From IMG/VR virus record IMGVR_UViG_3300034073_000569, positions 32,001-96,000 of that record: a stretch of 64,000 nt of DNA, one strand, 5' to 3'. Each line of letters starts with the position of its first letter. Position 1 is the first letter of the stretch. The notes beneath the pieces were generated by a model, which saw nothing but the letters and a program-made list of their open reading frames with translations, did no database searches and was not told where the DNA came from. This document shows, one piece after another, positions 57,133 through 64,000 of the stretch. This stretch comes from a virus. The translations under genes were made by a program, and so were the position numbers.

Positions 57133-57776
57133 TATAATAGTTTATTTACCAATGAGTTAGAAGCTTTCTTTAAAGCAGAACTTAAATTTTGTTGGTTAAA
57201 CTTACCCCCTTCATCTATAAGAATAGCTGACATAGATACTTCATCTGCAGATTCTTCTACAATGATTTTCTTATCCAGCTTACCGTCTTTGTACAAAAGA
57301 CCACGTAGACGGATGACTACAGATTCTTTGTTATTATGTAATACAGAAAAACTAGATTGTGTTTTTAATACATCTAGATATATGATTTCTACAGAAAGCT
57401 TTAAGTTAGCTGTCTTATCTAGTTCATATTCTTTTTCTTGAATAGCTTCTTCTAGAATATTCTTAACACCAAATTCTAAATTGCGGTTACCGGCAAGAGA
57501 TCCTACTACTACTTTATTAGTAACAGAAGATATATCTATTTTCTTAGGTTCTTCATACCAGATATTACCAGGATGATTTCTAAAGTTACCATCAAAAGTC
57601 CAAGTAAACCAGTTAGTAATAGCTCTTGTAGTTTCTTCTTTACCTGCAAAGTGTAAATAGATCATGTATCCTTGAAACAAGAATGCAAAAATGATCCATA
57701 CAAATGCTAATCGTATAAAGATTCTACCTATAAGATCAATTAGTTTTTGACTATAGGTAATTACATATGCTTTCAT
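57132..57776 (-). CDS. Membrane-anchored paralogue of the CsgG-like protein
   Basis: Shares GVxNI and KFNQxxxSxAxKKA motifs with 52675-53406. Confidence 0.55.
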   Translation of the reverse strand: MKAYVITYSQKLIDLIGRIFIRLAFVWIIFAFLFQGYMIYLHFAGKEETTRAITNWFTWTFDGNFRNHPGNIWYEEPKKIDISSVTNKVVVGSLAGNRNLEFGVKNILEEAIQEKEYELDKTANLKLSVEIIYLDVLKTQSSFSVLHNNKESVVIRLRGLLYKDGKLDKKIIVEESADEVSMSAILIDEGGKFNQQNLSSALKKASNSLVNKLL

Positions 57777-57782
57777 AGTATA

Positions 57783-57908
57783 TTATTTACCTTGACCTCT
57801 ATACTTCTTGACATGCTTGTCTTTAGGTCCATTGCTTTTACGTAAACGTCCTGTCTTTCTTTTACCAAAGGTGATCTTCTTAGATTCACCTCCTTTAGCT
57901 TTAGCCAT
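57783..57908 (-). CDS. Small basic protein (41 aa, not in ORF track)
   Basis: MAKAKGGESKK...KKYRGQGK. Confidence 0.65.
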   Translation of the reverse strand: MAKAKGGESKKITFGKRKTGRLRKSNGPKDKHVKKYRGQGK

Positions 57909-57920
57909 AGTGTGTTAGTT

Positions 57921-58520
57921 TTATGCAAGTAATGCGTGATATTCTTTAAAATGCTTAATACGATCTGGTAAACCAATTGTACCTCCGTTAACACGTTTAG
58001 TAATTTTAGTTACTACTTCAGCACTAGATCCAGTATCAGCAATTAAATTAAGACCATTCTTTTTCCAGAACCAAGCAGCAGAAGCTAACGCATGCTTAGA
58101 AGACACTAAGTCAGGATTAGCAAGGATATCATCTTCTACAGCTAGATCAAATGCAGCATAGTTACTTTTACCAGTTAACTGAATGTAACCACGACCACGG
58201 AATTTAAATCCTTCACCAGTAGCTTCAGCTCCGTTACCCATACGATTTCCGTATACACGGTTAGCAATCTTTTCTGGTTTACGAGCATATGCATCAGCTA
58301 ATGCTTGTGTAGGAAAGTATTTCTTAAAAATACCCATAAGTCCCTTAGCTGAATAGTTAAGGTTCTCTTGAGTTAATCTAAATCCGCCAGACTCATGACC
58401 ACACTGAGCTAAGAAGTGAGCTAATCGTAATGGTGTATTAACACCAAAGTTTTGCATTACGTTAGGGATTTGTGCAATTACAGTATCCGGAACGTGTCCT
58501 TTTAGTTTGTCTAAGTTCAT
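57921..58520 (-). CDS. Endolysin, glycoside hydrolase family 19
   Basis: AHFLAQCGHES, FRGRGYIQLTG, KRVNGG. Confidence 0.92.
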   Translation of the reverse strand: MNLDKLKGHVPDTVIAQIPNVMQNFGVNTPLRLAHFLAQCGHESGGFRLTQENLNYSAKGLMGIFKKYFPTQALADAYARKPEKIANRVYGNRMGNGAEATGEGFKFRGRGYIQLTGKSNYAAFDLAVEDDILANPDLVSSKHALASAAWFWKKNGLNLIADTGSSAEVVTKITKRVNGGTIGLPDRIKHFKEYHALLA

Positions 58521-58533
58521 ATATGTTAATGTT

Positions 58534-58662
58534 TTACTTCTTCTTCTTAGTAGCAGTTTTAGCTACTTTCTTAACTTCTTTTTTGATCTCTGCAGCAGCT
58601 ACAACTTTCTGCACTTTGTTACCAAATAAGAACTTCTTAACTAATTCAATAATTTTCTTCAT
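58534..58662 (-). CDS. Cationic amphipathic peptide (42 aa, not in ORF track)
   Basis: MKKIIELVKKFLFGNKVQKVVAAAEIKKEVKKVAKTATKKKK. Confidence 0.65.
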   Translation of the reverse strand: MKKIIELVKKFLFGNKVQKVVAAAEIKKEVKKVAKTATKKKK

Positions 58663-58663
58663 A

Positions 58664-59290
58664 CTATTTATTTTTTTTACCAATCTTCCAGTAAGTCTGG
58701 AAGCCATAAGAAATATTTCCGTTTATATCTGATCCAGCTTTAAGTCCGTAGATCTTATCACCTTTAGTCTTTAGGATAAGTCCTGCTTCAGCAGAATGTA
58801 ATCCTAATGTTTGTGTAGTATTTACACCACCACCAACATATAACTGAGTTTTAGATGGAGCCTGATTAGTAATTGTTACTGTCTTAGTAACAAATGGTAC
58901 CTTGTAGTTATACTTCCACGCTCTACCTATAAGTTTATTCTCTCGTACAGAATCTGTAACAGAGACATAACCAAGAGTATCTAGTTTCACACTGTCTACA
59001 TATATTGCTAAAGCAGTGTACATCTTAACTAAATTGTCAAACTGTATCTTTAGAGCAGCATAATTAGTATCAGCTAGATACTCAGTCTTACCTGCAATAA
59101 ATAAACTATCATGAATAATCTTAGCCGGCAAAGGCTTAGAGTAAATTAAACTATCGTGAACTGACCACGTAGTATCGTGTACTACTAGTGTATCAGAAGT
59201 AGAATGACTACCTCCACCTACACAACCCTTGTTCTGTAAAAGAACAAAGACTACTAATACACCTATAATAAAGAGATATACTTTATTCAT
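58664..59290 (-). CDS. Spanin-like membrane protein or lipoprotein
   Basis: N-terminal hydrophobic segment plus Cys; DT/DS repeats; C-terminal beta-strands ending YWKI; lies in the lysis cassette. Confidence 0.5.
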   Translation of the reverse strand: MNKVYLFIIGVLVVFVLLQNKGCVGGGSHSTSDTLVVHDTTWSVHDSLIYSKPLPAKIIHDSLFIAGKTEYLADTNYAALKIQFDNLVKMYTALAIYVDSVKLDTLGYVSVTDSVRENKLIGRAWKYNYKVPFVTKTVTITNQAPSKTQLYVGGGVNTTQTLGLHSAEAGLILKTKGDKIYGLKAGSDINGNISYGFQTYWKIGKKNK

Positions 59291-59525
59291 CGGTTTTCTT
59301 TTTAAATGAGAACTTATCCCCTGTATCCCCAAGCATAGCTGCAATGGTCATATACATAACACCTTCTACTAAAGCGTCTGAAGGTTTGATGTCACCATGA
59401 CTAAATGAGTTAGCCGTAAGAGTAATACATAAGAAAAGAGCACCCATGAAAGCTATCACAGGTTTGATAGAGATGGACTTACGTTCATCTTTAAATAAAT
59501 CAATGACCCATTCTTTAAATGTCAT
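59283..59525 (-). CDS. Holin (putative)
   Basis: 80 aa, two TM segments, charged C-terminus. Confidence 0.55.
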   Translation of the reverse strand: MTFKEWVIDLFKDERKSISIKPVIAFMGALFLCITLTANSFSHGDIKPSDALVEGVMYMTIAAMLGDTGDKFSFKKKTDE

Positions 59526-59528
59526 ATG

Positions 59529-59810
59529 TTAATATTTTACAGCTACTAATTTATTATCTGGTAAAACAGCTACAAGTTGTTGATAATCAACAGGTTCTCT
59601 TGTTGGAGCTATAGGGGCGTCAGCTGTTTTATACAACTGACGCTCTATGTTATCTATACGAGTTTTATCTATATTAGACTGAGCCATTAGTAACTTAACA
59701 TCAGCTTTTATCTCATTGACATCATTCCATATCAAAAGACTAACAAGTGATACTAAAGATGGAAATATCCACACCTTAAAAGCAGCTACAGAAGGATTTT
59801 CTCTAGTCAT
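59529..59810 (-). CDS. Holin/antiholin-like protein
   Basis: 93 aa; one TM segment plus coiled coil. Confidence 0.45.
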   Translation of the reverse strand: MTRENPSVAAFKVWIFPSLVSLVSLLIWNDVNEIKADVKLLMAQSNIDKTRIDNIERQLYKTADAPIAPTREPVDYQQLVAVLPDNKLVAVKY

Positions 59811-59830
59811 TTATGAAGGATGTTATAAGG

Positions 59831-60646
59831 TTAAACAAACACAGCGTTACAAGTATCATAAGCTACTGGTAAAACTCCAATATTCATATTTGATACACTG
59901 CCTGTAGCTGTAATGTACATAGCACGTGATCCTGACCAATCTGGTAAAGTTTCATAGTATTTGCCAATAGTAAGAGGTAATGGAGACGCAACACCTATAT
60001 TAGTTATAGTTGAAGGATTACCACAGTCACCACTAGCAAACTCATCACCTATATAGTAATAAGAATAACAAGGAACTACAGAAGTTGCTTGCATCATACC
60101 GTTAATACCGGTTGCTGTACCTGCAGCAGACATAACAAATAATCTGCTTTCCCAGTATCCTAAAGTCTCGTTATACATAACAACTACCACATCACTGCCT
60201 GGGTTAGGCATGCCGTTGTTATTTATTGGAGGTACAAAACCAAAACCTAGACCTTCAAAATCACCGGTAATAGATGTAGCTGTTCCTAACGTATTACCAC
60301 CAACTAATGTAACATTAATATTAAGATCTGTCATAGCACATGACGGTGTACCCATCATTCCGCCTGGACCAATCTTAGCGTTAAATGTAGGAGCTAGAGT
60401 TTGTTGTAAACTTACGATACCAGTTTCAGTGTTAGGACCATAATGTACAAACAAACTGTTAGCTAAAATTTCACCTTTTTCATCCAAACGAACATAATAC
60501 TTTAAACCACTTGGATGAGCTGGTAGTGTCATTTCTTTTGTAATTTCAATAATGTTACTTTGAGCAGGAACTTTATCTGCTGACATCATAACACCTGCTA
60601 TAGGAAAGCCTAAAGCATCTTTTTGGGCGTAAAATTTCTTAGCCAT
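59831..60646 (-). CDS. Hypothetical protein (possibly virion)
   Basis: 271 aa, first gene after a late-promoter-like motif. Confidence 0.55.
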   Translation of the reverse strand: MAKKFYAQKDALGFPIAGVMMSADKVPAQSNIIEITKEMTLPAHPSGLKYYVRLDEKGEILANSLFVHYGPNTETGIVSLQQTLAPTFNAKIGPGGMMGTPSCAMTDLNINVTLVGGNTLGTATSITGDFEGLGFGFVPPINNNGMPNPGSDVVVVMYNETLGYWESRLFVMSAAGTATGINGMMQATSVVPCYSYYYIGDEFASGDCGNPSTITNIGVASPLPLTIGKYYETLPDWSGSRAMYITATGSVSNMNIGVLPVAYDTCNAVFV

Positions 60647-60703
60647 GATATATAATATTTTTTAGAATAAACTTGTAAGGTGTAAGGTTTCCATAAACCC
60701 TAC

Positions 60704-60743
60704 ATTATAATATACTAAATATTCAGGAATTAACCTAGATTTG
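60704..60743. promoter_or_regulatory. Divergent promoters: late-type (minus) and Bacteroidota -7 element (plus)
   Basis: ATTATAATATAC at 60704-15; TAGATTTG at 60736-43. Confidence 0.55.
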
Positions 60744-60765
60744 TTAACTAAACCAATAAACCGAT

Positions 60766-61272
60766 ATGGAAACATCTAGCTATGAAGCCAGACTTGAAAC
60801 AAAGCTAATTACAGAGTTTAAAGACTTATTTTATGAGAAATTGGGCTATTACCCAATTGTTTTAGCTAAAAACAGAGTACAAGAAAATGGAACTATACCT
60901 GTAATGAGCCTGGAAGGGCTAAAGAAAATGTTTGATCCTTTCTTACCATTTAAGTTTGATGGAGCTATTCCATTAGAATCTAAGATAAGAGAAAGAGATA
61001 TAGTAGAGTTAAGAATAATCTACTGCTTTTTAGCTAGAGCAATGAAGTATAATCTAAAAGCTATTGGTAGAATATTAGGAAACAGAGATCATACTACTGT
61101 TATTTACAACGTAACTATGTTTAATAACCTAATAGAAACCAACGAAAACTTTCGTGAAAAGTATTTTACCATCCTAAATTACATAAAAACACAACATGAG
61201 CCACCAACTATGGACCACCCTGATCAAGTACAATACCAGCCCCAATCAGATTTACTTCCTGGATTGCTGTAG
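60766..61272 (+). CDS. DnaA domain-IV-like HTH protein
   Basis: RERDIVELR...LKAIGRILGNRDHTTVIY. Confidence 0.75.
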   Translation: METSSYEARLETKLITEFKDLFYEKLGYYPIVLAKNRVQENGTIPVMSLEGLKKMFDPFLPFKFDGAIPLESKIRERDIVELRIIYCFLARAMKYNLKAIGRILGNRDHTTVIYNVTMFNNLIETNENFREKYFTILNYIKTQHEPPTMDHPDQVQYQPQSDLLPGLL

Positions 61273-61822
61273 AAGTAGAATAAAGCCCACTGGAATTATT
61301 AATCCAGAAGCTGAAGCTAACATCTGTAGAGCTAAGGGATATATAAATGATCAAGGTCAGCTGACACAAAAAGCATTAATTATTCTAGATGAGTTTGAAA
61401 CCTTCCTCATCAAAGCTAAAAAGAAGGTAGCCACAGAAGTACTAGGAGATAAATTTCTAGAGAAAATATCTTACTATAGAGAACTTTTCCCAGCTAAGTC
61501 ATTACCATCAGGTTCTATGGCTAGACAATCAGTAGAAGAACTAAAGAAGAAATTTATTATATTCTTTAAGACTTATCCCCAGTTTAACTGGACATTAGTT
61601 CATCTAGCAACTGACTACTATATCTTTGAGAAAGAAAAGAAAGGGTATCAGTTCATGATGAACAGCAGTTATTTTATACAAAAGACAGACAATGTAAGTA
61701 AGACCACTAAGTCAGAGCTTGCAGACCACTGTCAGTTTTTATTAGATAACCCAGATATTTTAAAACCTGCGTTAGCAGATTATAAAAAGCAAAATGCAGA
61801 CTGGTTTGAAGATAAAGTCTAA
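61196..61822 (+). CDS. Hypothetical replication-associated protein
   Basis: 208 aa upstream of the helicase. Confidence 0.6.
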   Translation: MSHQLWTTLIKYNTSPNQIYFLDCCRSRIKPTGIINPEAEANICRAKGYINDQGQLTQKALIILDEFETFLIKAKKKVATEVLGDKFLEKISYYRELFPAKSLPSGSMARQSVEELKKKFIIFFKTYPQFNWTLVHLATDYYIFEKEKKGYQFMMNSSYFIQKTDNVSKTTKSELADHCQFLLDNPDILKPALADYKKQNADWFEDKV

Positions 61823-61829
61823 GAAAAAT

Positions 61830-61860
61830 TTTGTTTTTTACAGAACTTATCCTATATTTG
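61830..61860 (+). promoter_or_regulatory. Bacteroidota-type promoter
   Basis: TTTG, 19-nt spacer, TATATTTG. Confidence 0.75.
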
Positions 61861-61881
61861 AACTACATAAAACAATCCAAC

Positions 61882-62106
61882 ATGAGTAACAAACCCCACA
61901 ACCCAAAAGTTATTAAAGAGATATTTGATTCTCTTCCTACACTAGATCCTTCAAGACCTGATCTACGTATTATAAACTATGATTTACTAGAAACTATTGT
62001 AGCCAAAGCTGAGCATGTAGCTTCCTTACAAGGATCGTTGCAAGCGTATGGTGAAGCTAATACAATTGTAAAAGATGTTCTAAGTAAATCATTTCCTAGT
62101 TTATAA
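61882..62106 (+). CDS. Hypothetical protein
   Basis: 74 aa from ATG 61882. Confidence 0.55.
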   Translation: MSNKPHNPKVIKEIFDSLPTLDPSRPDLRIINYDLLETIVAKAEHVASLQGSLQAYGEANTIVKDVLSKSFPSL

Positions 62107-62118
62107 TATCAACTCCTT

Positions 62119-63174
62119 ATGGATCAGAATACAGAAAGACCCTTTGGTGCTATTACGCACGCTGAAGGATTACGCAAAGGTCTAAAATACATTAATGATA
62201 GACGTAAAGGACGTATCAAGTCCTTAAGAACACCTTGGGATGCTATTAACAATGCAACTATTGGTGGTATAGAGTGGGGAAGCCTAGTTACAATAGGTGC
62301 TCGTCCCGCTGCAGGTAAGACTATGTTCATTAGTCATATCCTTAGAGAGTCTAAAAGACTTAATCCTGACCAAGACTTTTCTATCTTGGAGTTTCAATTT
62401 GAGATGGGTGATGAATCTTATGCAGCTAGAGAATATGCTGCACAAGTTGCTATGGATTATAACGTAGTGTTATCTTCTAAAAGACAGCTTGATGATTTTG
62501 CCTATGAGCAAATGGAAAACTATCTAAAAGAAGCAGAAGAGTTAGAGAAACAAGGTATTCAAAGGATACGTATTAAGAAGCCTCTTACTTCTGCAGATAT
62601 GAAGAAAGCTATCCATCATTATTTTAATGAATTAGGTGGTAAACCTATGATTGTAACTATTGACCATAGCTGGCTTGTTAAAAAAGCTGCAGATGAGAGA
62701 GAGAAGTTACAGACTTTATACAATATAGCAGATATGCTTATAGATGTAAAGCGTGATCTACCTGTTATTGTAATTATTCTTACACAACTTAACCGTACTA
62801 TGGAAGATGTATCACGCAGAACTCCAGGTACTATTGCTAACTATCCTAGTTCATCAGATATATTTGGTGGTGACGCTCTTATGCAAGGCTCAGACTTAGT
62901 CTTTGCTATTAGTAGACCGTTTACTCTAAACATAGAAGATTATGGACCAGAACATTATAGAGCAGATAAAGAAAACGTATTCTTACATTTGTTAAAGCTA
63001 CGTAACGGTGCAACAGATGAGAATATTATATTCTTACAGACTGACTTTAAAAGACAACGTATGATTGAGTCAGGTCCTCCAGCAATCATACAACAACAGC
63101 CTCAGACATGGGCACCAAGAGGACCTAGAAATAACAGACAAGCACCTTCGGCTGATGTTGGCCAAGAATTATAA
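62119..63174 (+). CDS. DnaB-like replicative helicase (C-terminal domain)
   Basis: GARPAAGKT, FEM, IDH, LTQLNR, KLRNG. Confidence 0.85.
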   Translation: MDQNTERPFGAITHAEGLRKGLKYINDRRKGRIKSLRTPWDAINNATIGGIEWGSLVTIGARPAAGKTMFISHILRESKRLNPDQDFSILEFQFEMGDESYAAREYAAQVAMDYNVVLSSKRQLDDFAYEQMENYLKEAEELEKQGIQRIRIKKPLTSADMKKAIHHYFNELGGKPMIVTIDHSWLVKKAADEREKLQTLYNIADMLIDVKRDLPVIVIILTQLNRTMEDVSRRTPGTIANYPSSSDIFGGDALMQGSDLVFAISRPFTLNIEDYGPEHYRADKENVFLHLLKLRNGATDENIIFLQTDFKRQRMIESGPPAIIQQQPQTWAPRGPRNNRQAPSADVGQEL

Positions 63175-63189
63175 ACAAAAACACACAGT

Positions 63190-63768
63190 ATGTCAAGTAA
63201 CACACCACAAGTAACAGACGTCAAAGAGCTTAAGAAGCTTAAGCTTGAGACAATCAGAGATTTTCATCAGGATCTGATTGATGATTTAGGTATCTCACGC
63301 ACAGATTTCAACATGAAGATGCCGTTCTATGACAAGCATGGTAGAATGGTAGTAGGTATTTTCTCTTCAGAGTTTAGAAAAGAAAAAGGTTTCTTCTTTG
63401 AGTTAATTACTAGAGACTTAAGTCCTGCAGATGCAGAACGTAAAGTTTATAGAGTACCGTTTAGCTCAGCTTTTGAAGAAGAGTATGAGCTTAATGAGAA
63501 AGGATCATACTTAGTCCCTTTAGAAGAGCTAAGAATTGTTAATCCTACATCAGTAGCTATTAAGAAAAGTGCAAACTTTGGTATGGAAGAAGAACAACCA
63601 TTACCGTCTTCTTTACCTAAGCCTCCAATGCAAGCTTATAAAGCTCCTGCTACAATGGAAGATGCACCTTATAGTGAAATGACTATTAGAGATTACTATG
63701 CTATCCAAACAGGTAAGCCAGTAAGTTCTAAGACATGGCTAAATGAATTAATCAAATCTACAAAATAA
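63190..63768 (+). CDS. Hypothetical protein
   Basis: 192 aa; MTIRDYYA motif. Confidence 0.6.
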   Translation: MSSNTPQVTDVKELKKLKLETIRDFHQDLIDDLGISRTDFNMKMPFYDKHGRMVVGIFSSEFRKEKGFFFELITRDLSPADAERKVYRVPFSSAFEEEYELNEKGSYLVPLEELRIVNPTSVAIKKSANFGMEEEQPLPSSLPKPPMQAYKAPATMEDAPYSEMTIRDYYAIQTGKPVSSKTWLNELIKSTK

Positions 63769-63771
63769 CAC

Positions 63772-64000
63772 ATGGCACAAGGAGTATTAATTATTGCAGA
63801 GTCTGGTTCTGGTAAATCAACATCTATTGAAAGTCTAGATCCAGCAGAAACGTTTATCATTAACGTTGCTAACAAAGCTCTACCGTTTAAAGGTTGGAGA
63901 AAGAAGTATGTTCTATGGAGTAAAGATAACCCTACAGGTAATCTATATTCTGCTAGCTCATCACAACAAATAGAAGCATGCATTAAGTATGTTTCAGAGA
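63772..64000 (+). CDS. P-loop ATPase (AAA_24/Sak4-like), 5' partial
   Basis: MAQGVLIIAESGSGKSTS...NKALPFKG; runs off the window. Confidence 0.75.
   Translation, partial: MAQGVLIIAESGSGKSTSIESLDPAETFIINVANKALPFKGWRKKYVLWSKDNPTGNLYSASSSQQIEACIKYVSE

Noticed and set aside
445-62330. Many short antisense or nested ORFs in the track (e.g. 1491-1775, 19569-19817, 27825-28079, 40824-41111, 57773-57994)
   Set aside because: Shadows of long, well-supported genes or RNA elements, with no independent coding signal
1-64000. Stop-codon reassignment as in some crAss-like phages
   Set aside because: Standard-code ORFs tile the window densely, and TAG and TGA end genes at sensible positions without fragmenting terL, portal or MCP
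1-64000. CRISPR array or diversity-generating retroelement
   Set aside because: No regularly spaced repeat-spacer units and no reverse transcriptase in the window; the 42-bp fibre repeat has no adenine-specific mismatches

Overview
An AT-rich 64-kb segment of a tailed dsDNA phage. It is most likely a crAss-like (Crassvirales-related) environmental phage of a Bacteroidota host; this is inferred from the terminase-portal-scaffold-MCP gene order, TTTG-N19-TAnnTTTG promoters and SD-less AC-rich leaders. 1-33.3 kb (minus strand) is the late virion block: four paralogous tail fibres, hub and ring proteins, major capsid, portal, terminase, PhoH, a nuclease, IHF-like and GNAT genes. 33.6-51.3 kb and 60.8-64 kb (plus strand) are early and replication genes: AAA ATPases, SF2 helicase, UNG, a MoxR-VWA pair, a DnaA-domain-IV-like protein and a DnaB helicase. 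51.3-60.6 kb (minus strand) is a lysis cassette followed by an envelope module: two CsgG-like paralogues, a cohesin/dockerin-like protein, a stand-alone T9SS-CTD-like lipoprotein and a beta-barrel. The most unusual signals are (i) a set of structured non-coding RNAs, including two heavily decorated tRNA-like genes and a ~750-nt multidomain RNA region transcribed with a small wHTH gene, (ii) the envelope module, and (iii) a possibly branched, recombination-shuffled fibre system. All calls come from motif reading by eye; no searches or folding programs were run.
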